From NCBI GenBank assembly GCA_964016885.1, contig OZ024759.1:34286001-34350000 (forward strand): a stretch of DNA of 64,000 nucleotides, written 5' to 3'. Of this stretch, positions 11,925 through 26,084 are shown piece by piece (positions within the stretch are counted from its first letter, which is position 1; each line of letters starts with the position of its first letter). Below the pieces are notes generated by a model, which was given only the letters and a program-made list of their open reading frames with translations, did no database searches and was not told where the DNA came from. Source of the stretch: Eledone cirrhosa (taxonomy: Eukaryota). Both the position numbers and the translations under genes were made by a program.

Positions 11925-13082
11925 AATATATATACACACATATATACATACATGCAGGCATACATACAGACAGACATACACACACACATAAGTTGTAATA
12001 TCTTCCTATACAACTTTTAGTCTTCCTACGTCGTTGATGAAGTACAGAAAAAAAACACAGCAAAACTTTACTACACTAACGACATCAGAAAAAATTTAAT
12101 AATTAATAAGTGTCTCGGAATCATCTGTCTTTGACAATGTCCGCATTATGTTGCTATTCTTCCACTTCCAGTAACTCATATTTAATATAAATTTTCAGTT
12201 AAATGTTTACGACATGAATATGTTATATTTTCTTTGTACGAAAGATTTCATTTCACGAAAACATATTCCTAATGTATTATAGTGTGTCTTATAAAAATTA
12301 CATGTGAAACCAGGACACGTCGGATTCCTGCAAGACGGATGACTGCTCTTTCAGACTGCATTTCTTGTATTTAAAAAGAAATAATATATTTATAGCTCTA
12401 AACACAACTGTGGTTTATATTAATGATGCAATATAGGGCTTTCGTTAGATATTCTTAATATGTATGATATTTCTCGGAATTTAGATATTGCTTGGTACTA
12501 GTTTTAAGAGCGTATTATAAAACGTTTATATTCATATTATAGACCTGATCAATTTTCATGTAATTACGACTTAGGAAGCTGCAACAGCCTGTCTCGACAA
12601 CCATTTACACTCTTTGAAGAAACTAACCGACTCTACCATATTGCATTAGGAAAAGATTCGTGTCAACTTTCATCTGGTTTCTCCTAAAAGTATCTCAGAT
12701 TAAGTTTTGGTTCAGGCAGCTAGCTTGCAGAAACACAACACGTCTCTGTAAAACATATAGTTATTTTATCATATTATTGCATTGGATTATGAATTGATGT
12801 TAATTAGCTCAACTATATAATATATAATGAAGAACTAAACTTTAGATTATTGAGCACACTCTGTATCTCTTAACACAGAAGGTAGGAATGCATTTTGAAA
12901 ATATATAGGTATATGTTTCTGTGAAGATAGGAAGCGTCATACAGACAGATGCAGAGAACAATAATGGTATAATTATGAAAGGAACTATTTATTATAATGT
13001 TTGGTCCATATAGTAATTGTGCCAAAAATATCTTTAGGATTTCAACGTCATACTTCATCCAACTCTCTCAACTTTCAACAGA

Positions 13083-13126
<44 letters not shown>

Positions 13127-13178
13127 GTGTGTATGTATGTATATATGTATTAGTATGTATTATGTATACATATGTATG

Positions 13179-13236
<58 letters not shown>

Positions 13237-13401
13237 CATATAGATATCGTTAGATAGATATGAATATTTACACATATATATATATATAAGTACACATATA
13301 TATATATATATACATATATGTGCATGTGTGTATATATATATGTGTACACATATATATACATATACGTGCGTGTGTATATATATATATATATATGTGTGTT
13401 C

Positions 13402-13439
<38 letters not shown>

Positions 13440-15322
13440 ATAGTAAAAGGGCAATTGTATTGTGTTTACAGACGGTATGCCCAGATGAGCACTATCTCTA
13501 TCTATCTAACGTTATATATATGCGAGTATGTATATATAGAAATAGAAATATGTATATGAATATGTGTATATATACATATCTTTGACCAACTAGTGTAAAT
13601 GCAATTATTCATTGTTTTACCGTTCGTATATATATTTCACTGTTCTTGGTTTAGTTCTGTGATTCAGTTCTCCTGTTGGCTTACATGTTGCTTGCATAAT
13701 TGAAAGACTGGAGCGTATGAATAAATTTAACACGAACTAGAGAAATTCTTATTCTAGGTTAGGATACTTCATTAAAGGCTTTTCTTATTAAATTAGTCCT
13801 CTTGACAATATATCAGTAGTTAGCAGTAGTCAGCAACAGTCTGACATAGACATAGATCAGATATTATATAATTACCTTTGAGAGTTTGATTGAAAACTAG
13901 TGTGAAGATATATAGCTTCTTCTCGTTTGAGAATATATACCTCACTACAATTCAAAGCTGATATGAAATTTCTACGAGTAAACAATTTGTTATCTTTCGA
14001 AATATTACTTTCTCTAAGCATCACATCGGCGCTTAATAAAGAATGGGCTGCTAGTTTTCATTCTATGGAAGATTTCGTTGAGGAATACATCACTTGTTGT
14101 AATTTAGGTCAAACATTACATTTCACGAATAAACAATTTGTTATTTTTGGAAATGGTTCTTTCACTAAACATCACATCAGCACTTAATAACATATAGGTG
14201 CTAGGTTTCGTTCTATAGAAGATTTCGGTGAAGGATTGAGGGATATATCACTTATTACAATGCAGGGTTAATATGAAACCTGATAAGCAAATACCGTGGT
14301 TTGTCCGGTTGCTTCCTCTTGGTACCGATATCCGTTGAGGCCTCGGGCAGTATCTGCCGCCGTACGGCGGACCACCTCCGTAAAATAGAAAAAACATAAA
14401 ATGTTATTTAACTCGTTTATATAAGGTTTTGTTTCGTGTATATATTTTTTTAATCTACTTAGAATCTTTGTATTTATCCACTTTATAAGCTTTAGATAAA
14501 TCTAAAGTTTATTTCGTGTATACAACTCTATTTGAAATTTTAGTTAGCCATTCCAGCTGTGACATCTCAATTGGGAGAAATAGCGGCTCTACCTGGACCA
14601 ACACTTTGATCTCCGAGCTAGACACTATGTCGAGTGACGTTACTCCAGAGACTCTTAAGAGGAACCGCTTTTCAGACGCTAGTATATGATATATCTCTAT
14701 CAGGACAACTGTGTCGTGGAAACTCTACCGCTAATCCTCGATAACGACGAAGGTCCAATTACAAAGAATATAACATGGACGTCTATGCCATGTCTGTCTA
14801 AAAATGTGTTTACTTCCCTAACTGACCAATCAGCTCAACGTATTTTATATTTGAAACTTCCTCTGCTAAATTTCTTAGCGTTCCATTGACCTATGAAAGA
14901 CATTAGTCGAGATTTCGAAAACGCTGCAGATTAATCCTCTAGCCAAGAGAATAATCCCCATGTTTGCCATAAATAGTCCACGATGTTGGTAATATTAGTA
15001 GAAATTCTTTAAGCACAGTTCGATAACTTGTCAAAGTAAATTCGACATTCAACTTTCGTAAGAAATCAAATATTTCTATAGTTCTGCCACAGATACGGAG
15101 TAACGTGTATGATTATTTCAGACACTTATTCTTGTTCTCTCTTTCCCTTACTCTCTCTTTCTGTATTTCTCTTACACACACACACACATTATCTCTCTCT
15201 CTTACTCCCTCTCTCTCTCTCTCCACATATGTATGGTTGTATATATATGTATATATATATATATACAAATACATATGTATGTATATATATATATATATAT
15301 ACATATATATACAAATATATAT

Positions 15323-15367
<45 letters not shown>

Positions 15368-15385
15368 TATATATATATATATATA

Positions 15386-15432
<47 letters not shown>

Positions 15433-15521
15433 ATATATATATATATAATATATATATATATATAATATATATATATATGTATATATAATATATATATATA
15501 TATATATACAAATATATATGC

Positions 15522-15560
<39 letters not shown>

Positions 15561-15774
15561 TATATGTACATGTGTTTCTATATATGTGTACATTTACGTC
15601 AATACGTATTTTTCTATTCAAGCAACTATGTACTATTATGTTTGAATTTTTTTACATATTCAGATATGTATATATGTATATGTGTATATGTGTATATACG
15701 CATCTGTATATAAACCAGAAGACAATTCAATGAAGAAAGATTAGTTTAAAGTTGACTATATATATATATATATA

Positions 15775-15854
<80 letters not shown>

Positions 15855-15889
15855 CGGTTGTGTATGCATATATATACATGTATACGTAA

Positions 15890-15969
<80 letters not shown>

Positions 15970-16258
15970 TTCTCTCTGTGTGTCATTATATATATATATA
16001 TATATAATTTTTATATTTGCAGTCTGAGAGTCTGTATGTTTTAGATGCTTCCAAAAAGTTCACTACATCGGGTTCTTCTTGTTCGAATTTAGAAAGACCA
16101 AACGGATGTAAGTGGCCATCTGACCGGAAATAGCTTATAGATACCTATTGATAGTACAAGATAGATACGAGATTTGAGTCAATGTGGCTGAATAACTCAC
16201 TGAATTTCGTTATTTGTTCGTAAACCGGAAAAAATATAGTTATGAATGTGTGTGTATC

Positions 16259-16323
<65 letters not shown>

Positions 16324-16400
16324 CTGTGTGTATGTGTGTATGTGAGTGTGTATATATATTTATATACATACATATATACATAAATATATACATGTGAACG

Positions 16401-16431
<31 letters not shown>

Positions 16432-16486
16432 GTATACATTTATGTAAATATACATGTACATATGTACACACACACACACACTCACA

Positions 16487-16553
<67 letters not shown>

Positions 16554-16820
16554 ATATATATATGCGTGTGTCTGTGTGTGTGTATGAGTGTGTGTGTGTG
16601 TACTTGCGTGGATGTATGTGCTTCGTGTATGAGAGAGTGTGTGTCTGCAAATATTTATATTTTATATATTCCTGGCTGCAAAAGGAAAAAGAATATATTT
16701 ATTCAATCTGTCGACTTCTTGTATCTTCTAATATAAGTTAACTCTAAATTACCTTAGCTACAATTACCGACTTAAATAAACTTTGTCGCTACCTATATAT
16801 AGTATATAATATATATTTGA

Positions 16821-17710
16821 CTAGCAGAAAACTACCCGGTGGGCGGTTTTCTGCGAGCAAATCTAGTGTATATACTGATATTGTTGAGATTAGGATGAGA
16901 AATGTTTTCGGCACCACATGTTCACCGTCTCTCGGTGTGTCTTTTATGCATGTATAAATATATATGTTATCTATACGGTGAAATCTTTGAAATAAATATA
17001 TGTTAAAACGAAAAAGGAGAAAATAAATAACTGGCGGTTAGAAAATATATTCCTATGAAATATAAATCATACAATTAGGTGTGAATAAGGAAATATTTTT
17101 TTATTGTCAATACAAATGTTCAAAAGTTAAACTTCAATTTTTTGAATTATTTCCAATTTTTTCATGAAATTGAACACTGGACATTGGATGCTGGAAATGG
17201 AAATTAAATCGTATTTAATTGTATTTAAATTTCTAACCTTATTTTATTATTATATTTTTTCAATAAGAAATAAAAAACAACAACAACAAAAATTGAAGAA
17301 AAAAATTGAACAAACCAAACGTAGGTTATGGAACTGCGCAATCTGATTAATAAATTACCTCATCAGCAGCAACCTTCTTCAAATGGTCCTTATTATCAGC
17401 AGCAACAACCACAAATTCAATGGCAACCTTCTTCGCATGGTGTCAAGTCAGAACCGCCTCGAACTGGTTACTTCTGGCTTGTGCAAGGTGTCTCTATAGC
17501 AACCAGCGATTCCCTCGGCCTCAGTGACCAAAGTCAGTGGAGAGGGGAAGGTAATATTTCGGTAGCACGTGTTTTAGCGTCTATTCACTCTCTCTCTCTC
17601 CCTCCCGCCATCCCCCTCTCGTAGTATGTCTCTTTCTTTCACTCTCACTCTCTCTCTACACACGTGTTTCCACTGTCGGATAGACAGACAGAGCTGGTTA
17701 TATATATAAG
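16821..17710 (-). mobile_element. Possible non-autonomous Helitron-like element
   Basis: Minus-strand 3' end: hairpin GCAGAAAACC...GTAGTTTTCTGC then CTAG|T at 16821; minus-strand 5' end CTTATATATATAACCAGCTCTGTCTGTC; 5' TC not intact. Confidence 0.4.
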
Positions 17711-18040
17711 TGGATAATTAATGGCCGAATTGGTATAGAAAGTTTCAATTCTACGCATGCGCAATGATCCAGAGGTACTTTAATGGATTACTAAACTGTT
17801 ATTTATATATATTTACAATATATGAATTAATATGTATATATATATATATATACGCATATATATATATTAATATATATACGCATATATATATATATATACG
17901 TATATATATATATATATACATATATATACATATGTGTGTGTATATGTGTGTATATGTGTGTATATATATATCTATATATACATATTTATATGTGTGTGTT
18001 TATATATATATATATGTATATATTTTTTTTTTCATATATA

Positions 18041-18082
<42 letters not shown>

Positions 18083-18087
<5 letters not shown>

Positions 18088-18230
18088 GTGGTTACACAAC
18101 AGTTAGTTCACCATACCGAGAAACAATTGTTCTCGGTATGGTCAAGTAACTGTTGTGTAACCACTTCTACCTAACTCGTCCCATGGACTGAGTGCTCTAC
18201 CACTACAGATATTACCTTCCAGTGTTCCAC

Positions 18231-18233
<3 letters not shown>
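18083..18233 (+). mobile_element. (TA)n-embedded fold-back element
   Basis: Inverted repeat 18083-18169 centred on ACAATTGT, tail AACTC...GAGTGCTC (18190), ends in (TA)n. Confidence 0.7.
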
Positions 18234-18302
<69 letters not shown>

Positions 18303-18306
18303 ATAT

Positions 18307-18491
18307 TAATTGTTTCTATTTTTGGCACAAGGCCAGCAATTACTCAGTGTATTACTGGTACTTTATTTTATCGACCCCGTCAGGATGAAAGGCAAAGTTA
18401 ACCTGATTTGAAATCAGAATGGCAAGGGCCGTAACTCTATGCCTAAAAGCATGGCGTCCGTCCCTCTACCGATACTGCCAATCCACTGCCC
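18307..18491 (-). mobile_element. tRNA-derived SINE
   Basis: Reverse complement of the SINE consensus (TTTGGCACAAGGCCAGC...CGACCCCG..GGATGAAAGGCAAAG). Confidence 0.9.
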
Positions 18492-18578
18492 TTATATATT
18501 AATATATATATATATATATATATATTATAGATACACATAATTATTAAACATATATATATATAAATATATTATATATAC

Positions 18579-18608
<30 letters not shown>

Positions 18609-18610
<2 letters not shown>

Positions 18611-18681
18611 GTTATTAATACATAAGGGAACAAAGAAAAAGTGTTGCATCATATACATACATACATATATATATTTATATA

Positions 18682-18730
<49 letters not shown>

Positions 18731-18770
18731 GATGCAACACTTTTTCTTTGTTCCCTTATGTATTATTAAC

Positions 18771-18772
<2 letters not shown>
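18609..18772. repeat. ~50-bp inverted repeat enclosing a (TA)n tract
   Basis: ATGTTATTAATACATAAGGGAACAAAGAAAAAGTGTTGCATCAT vs its reverse complement at ~18728-18772. Confidence 0.92.
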
Positions 18773-18804
<32 letters not shown>

Positions 18805-19189
18805 ATATATGCCAGATAGGGAGTATTACTTTTAATCCTTGCATTTTTCACATTACTCTTACGTCACAACAGACTATACAATTATATACTTTATGTAACT
18901 AAACGGGGCAAAGTGAGTTAAAATTACGAATCTTTTGAAAGGGTCTTCAACGGGTATAAATAGTACGAGATTGGATGAACAGATTCTAGTTTGAAATTGC
19001 GATCTTTTGAATGAAACACAACTAGTTTCATGAAGTGATCCATTGATTAGAAATCTCCACGTCATACCATTGACTGTTAAATGAAGTTCTTATTTATATT
19101 ATTAATGAAATTCTAATTCTGGAGAGTCGCTATTTATAATTATTATCTGTTTAAATTAAGTGTGGATACAGACAGAACACACACAATAG

Positions 19190-19320
<131 letters not shown>

Positions 19321-19389
19321 CAATTATAGTTGAATTGGTCGTTTCTTACATTTAATACTTTTATCAAAATATATATATATATAGATAAA

Positions 19390-19467
<78 letters not shown>

Positions 19468-19801
19468 ACAGAAATAATTAAGTGCTGAATAGATCGTTTC
19501 TTACATTTGATAGGTAATTTCAATGTGTTCTTTGTGTAAAAGTTTCACCGTTCAGTTTACATTACTGGTGAGACGAAACTCGTTTAATCCATGACAGAAA
19601 AAGAATTTAATTAGAAATTGCGAATTAATTTATAAAGTTAATAATTCCTTGTTGAGTGTTTAGGTTTGAGTGAAACCTACAATATGTCTATTATAAATTC
19701 GATAATATATATATGTAAGTATCTATCTATCAATATATAGATACATAGATATATATATATAGATAGAATGTGTGTGTATGTGTGTTTAAACTGATATGTA
19801 T

Positions 19802-19974
19802 ATATCACATAAGAAGCGGAGAATCAGTGGTGCGACGAAAAAAAATGATTAGACATATTACAATCGTTTCCAATAAATGTTTTTCGTCGCGCCACTGATT
19901 CTCGGCTCCTTATGTGATATTATACTCTGCATCGAGTGCTCAAACGGACTACCGCTTACGCATCCCACAACAAT
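19802..19974 (+). mobile_element. (TA)n-embedded fold-back element
   Basis: Arms 19802-19843 / 19880-19920, tail TATACTCTGCATCGAGTGCTCAAACGG; related tail at 28251-28330 (-). Confidence 0.7.
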
Positions 19975-20209
19975 TATATATATATATTAGGCAGAGTCGG
20001 GGCTCAACAGCTTAACTCTTGCCGTTTCAATAGGTAGTTCCAGATCGGAATTAGCTATTGAAATGACAGGAGCTTGTATTCTATAGTCACCCTCTACTAT
20101 ACCAGTGCGTCCCCTACTAGATAAGGATGATAGTCTTCCCTTCATAATATCACCGGTTTGATCCCTAAGGTAGGAGGTGAGTTGTGTCTTAGAGGAAGCC
20201 ACTTCAATT

Positions 20210-20400
20210 CACGTTCTTCATGTCCATTGCTATGAGAGAAATGTTTGCCAGCAGAAATTGGTCAGTAAACCTTTGACTGTCTATCGTCAAATCCAGGGAC
20301 GCTTTATATAATCGCAGGCGATCAACTCCAATGATACTGGAATAAGGACATACCTGATGGACCCTTGTATTTTTGACAGGATTTAAATAACAGTGACAAA
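20210..20400 (-). mobile_element. Decayed RTE-type LINE RT fragment
   Basis: TRVHQVCP...LTIDSQRFTDQFLLANISLIA resembles TGVRQGC...L.I....TDLDFADDI.L.A; catalytic DD lost. Confidence 0.45.
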
Positions 20401-20923
20401 CACATGACTTTCTTGTTGTTGGTGGTTTGAGATCAGGCGTAAAGATTTGAAGATGTGGGTACGTTTCTAAGTATTTCACGTGACAAGGTTGAGGCACATT
20501 TTTTTATTCCCTTAAGTGTGGATGGTAAATATCTCTCTGTATTGTGTGTGCGCATGTCTATGTCCCTCGCTCACATCCTCTCCTTGGTACAATCGTGATT
20601 TTTCTATCCAGGCAGAGGAAACACTTAGCACGTACGTGATTACGTGTATATATATATATATATTATATATATATATAATATATATATAATATATATATAT
20701 ATAATATATATATAATATATATATATAATATATATAAATATATGTATATATATATATTCAAATGAATGTGTATATAGTGAAGTGAATGTATATTTTTATT
20801 TGTAAAGATGCTCTTGAATTCTTATAGATACACGCGCATATGTATGTATATATACATAAGCAAACATTCCGTAGACCCTAAATACATATATACATATATA
20901 TCTGATCTTGTGTGCATGCATGT

Positions 20924-20995
<72 letters not shown>

Positions 20996-21199
20996 ATATA
21001 TATATATACATGTATATATATGTATTTGTTGGTGTGCACACCTTCAATGTGCATTAGTTAGTATCTGTGTGTTGGAAAGACGAGATACAGAAGAAATATG
21101 AAGACAAAAGGAACATATACACTTATTACCCTCCAAGAAGATCTCTAGAATAAGTTCATGAAGAACACAGCCATCAAACTACATCAAGCAAAGAAATGA

Positions 21200-21420
21200 C
21201 GTTGTTCATTTAGTTGGTTTTATTTTACTGTGGCTGTTATTTTTGTTATTGATTCTGTTGCTATTGTTGTTGCTGTTGTTGTTGCTGTTGTTGCTATTTT
21301 TGGTTTTACTGTGGCTGTTATTATTGTTGTTGATGCTATTGCAGTTGTTGTTGTTATTGCTGTTGTTTTTGTTGCTGTTGCTTTTGCTGTTGTTGTTGCT
21401 GTTGTCCTTGTTGTTTTTGT
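21200..21420. repeat. GTT/GCT trinucleotide microsatellite
   Basis: Direct reading. Confidence 0.9.
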
Positions 21421-21595
21421 GTCTTCTTTTAACCTTGCTTCATTCCTCGCACAAAGAATCAGAAGTGTGATTACTAAAGAAATGGCGTTGCCGCGTTAGT
21501 TCCTTTCGCCGTTTTCATATTATTTAATTTTAGTTTTATACATATTATTTTTTTTATCCGTTTCGTTTTTTTTTATATATGTATATGTGTCAAAA

Positions 21596-21626
<31 letters not shown>

Positions 21627-21685
21627 CACATTTATATATATATATACATATACATACACATTTATATATATACATATACATACAC

Positions 21686-21766
<81 letters not shown>

Positions 21767-22104
21767 CACATATATATATATGTGTGTGTGTGTGTATTTA
21801 TATGTGTGTGTATGTCTGCGTACATTTCAATTTTAGTTTTTATTTTACTCCTTCTTCTCTTACTTTTCTTCGTTTTCTTCTTCTTCTTCTTCTTCTTGTG
21901 ATACGCGTTTATTTATTTCTTGTATTTTGGTTGCATTTTATGTATGTTTTTTTGTATTTTTGTTTTTTCAAATTCGTTTCGTTTCGGTTTTTGGCATTGT
22001 CACGATATTCTAAAGGCCATGTTGTGTTTAGATTTATGCTACTTTTATTTTATATATATATATAGATGCATGTATATATATATATATATTTGTGTGTGTG
22101 TGTG

Positions 22105-22157
<53 letters not shown>

Positions 22158-22182
22158 ATCGGTATATATATACATAGAATTA

Positions 22183-22219
<37 letters not shown>

Positions 22220-22751
22220 CCTGAGTGTTACCACAGCCATCACCTTTCCATCTGCGCTTAGGATATTCTAATGCTTCTTCTAACACATTTCATAATTTTT
22301 TCATACCATCAAGCTAAAATGGCTGTAAGGTATATACCATAGATATATAATAGAAAACAATACGTTCGTTGAGAATGAACATTCTAGAATCTTATTTCTG
22401 TCAAAAGATAAAGTAACTGTTGAAGTAAAGGTGAGAAAAAAAAAATTTGTGTCGATTTTTTTAAGTTTCGTTTTGGTTAGATTTCTGCGTTGCCGTCTGT
22501 CAATGGAGGTTTTGAATATGACTTACTACTGAATGAAGAATAGGACGTTTGATGCTGAAAACCCTTATAGACTAAATTAATCGAATAAATACTGGTGATT
22601 TGTCCATCTCCTTCCCTCTATCTCTATCTCTCATTCTTTCTTCGCTCTCTTTTTTCTCTTTTTTCTCACCTCTCTCTCTCACCTCTCTCTGCCTCTCTCT
22701 GCCTCTCTCTGCCTCTCTGTGCATACACGCATACACACATCCACGCACACA

Positions 22752-22792
<41 letters not shown>

Positions 22793-22831
22793 ATATAGGT
22801 ATGACCCTCTCTCTCTGTCTGTTTCTCTCTC

Positions 22832-22985
<154 letters not shown>

Positions 22986-23654
22986 AATATATATATAGAG
23001 AAATATTAAAACAATGAAATTAACAGTTTTGTGTTTAATTTAATTGTTTTAATATTTCTATTTTGACTCTGTATCCAATTGAATTATATCGTTGATAAAC
23101 AATTTTTGTATTTTAAACTTTGCTTCACGACATCTTCTACATGCGGATTACATTGAGTTCTTTATACGGTTTAGACCCTACCATTGATTGGTAGATTTAT
23201 CTGTATATATATATATATGTATGTGTGTGTATGTGTATGTGTGTACATTAGTGTATATACATTTCACTCTCTCTCCCCCTCTCTCGCTCTCTCTCTCCTT
23301 ATATATATATATATATAAACTTTAAATAATTAACATAGAGAGGACAAGACAACGAACGTAAATAAGGCAAAACAAAAAACACTTTTTTTAAGGGAAAACC
23401 TTAAAAAGTTTTTTTTTTTTAAAGTAAACATACAAATGAATGACACAAAACAATAAGGTCATCGACTATTGAGATAGTATTTGGCAGTTTCGACCCCTAC
23501 CAACGGTGCTGCTACTCCACCTGAGGTCACAGTGTCTGTTATGAGCCAAACACTCTTTAGTGGAGTAAGAGACGAGAAACAAAACATTAATTTGTTGCAA
23601 TTAAGCTACAACAAAGAGAGAATTTTATGTGGCGTCAAAGAAAAAGTGTTTATA

Positions 23655-24030
23655 CTCTTTTACCCTTTTACATGTTCCAGCCATCCGGCCGAGCCCATGT
23701 TGGGTACCGCCCTTGTTGCTACACGTTCTATCTCCAGCCCGTGTTGGCTAGCCATTCCTGTAAGAGGGAGTTCGTTGTTGCTGCCCTTAGGTTACCTTCG
23801 TAACATGCTGTCATCCGAGATCCTCTGTAGCAGGGTGTCAAAATGTTTCTGGAAAACATCCACATCCACACCATGCAAACCTCTCAAATTTCTTGACAGC
23901 TTGTTGAAGAGTTGAGGGTCTTTGAACCGCAGGCTACTGCAATATCTTCTCCTAATTCTTGATGTGAAAGACAGGACTTTCGGCACCACACAGGGAGCTG
24001 GTCCATCTCTCAATGCCAAAGTCTGGTAGT
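23655..24030 (-). mobile_element. 3' end of CR1/L2-type LINE
   Basis: RRRYCSSLRFKDPQLFNKLSRNLRGLHGVDVDVFQKHFDTLLQRISDD matches the P.LFN.LP..LR......FK..LD..L..I.D terminus, followed by a 3' UTR. Confidence 0.8.
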
Positions 24031-24059
24031 AGCCCCTCCATTATTTGTATATATATATA

Positions 24060-24228
24060 GCGTTAAGGATGGTATCCTGAAGTGGATCGAGATCGTGAAA
24101 TAACCACAGTTAAATAAAGTACTCAATACCTGAGTAGAGAATTATAATATTTAGTATATAGAAACGACTGGTACAGAACTATATCTGAACGACATTCTCA
24201 TGTGTGCTTACAAGATCATCAGGCAAGA
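24060..24228 (-). mobile_element. (TA)n-tailed element with CTGATGA and ACTC..GAGTAC motif
   Basis: Minus strand: CCTGATGA (24222-24216) ... CTACTCAGGTATTGAGTACTTT (24135-24119) ... (TA)n. Confidence 0.55.
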
Positions 24229-24248
24229 TTCCTATTATTCTACGATAT

Positions 24249-24436
24249 GGGGCGTGGATTGACATTATCGGTAGAGGGTCGGACGCCATGCTTTGCAACA
24301 ATGAGTTACGGCCCCTTATGGTCTGATTTCAAATCCTGCCGAGGTTAACTTTGCCTTTCATTCTTACGGGGTCGATAAAATAAAGTACTTGTAATACACT
24401 GGGATAATTGCTGGCCTTGTGCCAAAAGTAGAAACA
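24249..24436 (+). mobile_element. tRNA-derived SINE with 14-bp TSD
   Basis: Full SINE; ATTATTCTACGATA at 24234-24247 and 24437-24450. Confidence 0.92.
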
Positions 24437-24812
24437 ATTATTCTACGATAGAATTTTTGTTGTGGATGTACTTATAAATAATTCCATTCCAGTCATATAA
24501 ATTGTTTAAAACCAAAAATAATATTTTTTTTCTTTACACCGCAATTTTAACTTAAGAAAACTTTGGTTGTGAATTATCCCCAAAATTATTGGTCAGCCTT
24601 GAGCAATTTCCTTTAATTTCACACAGCTTTACTAACTAATTGCTCACACAACATTCGTCATCTCTCTCTCTCTTCCGCTCGCTCTCTCTCCCTCACTCTC
24701 TCTCTCTCCTTATTTTACTCCCCACTGTCTTCCACATTTCTTAAAGTCATTATGTCTCTCGTTCTTTCTCTCTCGCATTTTGACTCTGTCTCTACATCTC
24801 TCTCTTTCGCTT

Positions 24813-24856
<44 letters not shown>

Positions 24857-25026
24857 GCTCTTTTTCTCATTATCTATGTCTGTGTATCTCTCTCTCCTAC
24901 TCTTCCTCTCTCACTATCTCTCTCTCTCTCTCTCTCACTCTCCCTGTCTCTCTCTCTCTCTCTTTCTTTCTGTAACCCTACCTCTCCTCTCTCTTTTTCT
25001 AATTATGTTTGTATTTGTATCCCTCT

Positions 25027-25091
<65 letters not shown>

Positions 25092-25244
25092 GGTGTTTTT
25101 TATCTTTCACTACGTCAACTAAAATTACAGAAATCTAAAATGCTGAAATCCAACATCGTAATTAATTCAGCGAAGCCTTCCAGCTGACAGAAGGAAATAC
25201 AGGAGTTACGTTAGTTATCATGTTAACGCGTTGATTACAAATAA

Positions 25245-25292
<48 letters not shown>

Positions 25293-25588
25293 GTTGTGCT
25301 TTCAGTCTCAGTCATTGATGTTATTTAACTGGAAAGTGTGTTGAAATGAATATCAAGCCGCTACCTGCAGCCTCAGATATTCAGGACGTATCGGAGGGTT
25401 CTTGCTGTTCTCAACAAGCATGCCTTTCGAAGTGTTCCAAAAAGCGGGGCTGGACTAGTCTTCTTTAACCATCCTTGGAAACTCCTTGAGATAATACCTA
25501 GTGCTGCACCTATGACAATCGAGACCACCTTGATCTCGTGGCAGTTCCAAATCCTTTTTAACTCCCACTTCATATCCTGGTATCGGTT
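25293..25588 (-). mobile_element. 3' fragment of Dong/R4 LINE inserted in (TAA)n
   Basis: RYQDMKWELKRIWNCHEIKVVSIVIGAALG...LRKACLLRTARTLRYVLNI*; 3' end abuts (ATT)n at 25245-25292, the known Dong target type. Confidence 0.85.
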
Positions 25589-25651
25589 AATTTCCCCTCC
25601 CCCCAAATTGCTGGTCTTGTGCCTATATAAGAAACCATTATTATTATTATT

Positions 25652-25832
25652 GTCAGTATCGGTGGAGAGTCGGACGCCATGCTTTCCAGCATAGTTACGT
25701 CCCTTTACGATCTGAGTTCAAATCCCGCCGAGGTTGACTTTGCCTTTCATCCTTACGGGGTCGATAAAATAAAGTACCAGTAATACACTGGGTAATTGCT
25801 GGCCTTGTGCCAAAAGTAGAAACAATTATTAT
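25652..25832 (+). mobile_element. tRNA-derived SINE (preceded by a SINE tail fragment 25590-25645)
   Basis: Match to the SINE consensus. Confidence 0.9.
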
Positions 25833-26084
25833 TATTATTGTTGTTGTTGCTGTTGTGTTGTTGTCGTCGCTAAAACGAACGCCTCGCATACGTTTGTTTC
25901 ATGAATTTGTCAACTATTTTCACGCCTTTAAAATGTGTTTTTCGTGTAGAAAGTTCCAATATCGTTTTCTGGTTCACAAGAATGTTAGAGAATCTGTTGG
26001 TTTAACCTCAATATTCAGCAGTTAAGAGAGAAAATCTGGGTTTAACTCGGGAATACAGGCCTCGCGACATTTTATTACTATCTA

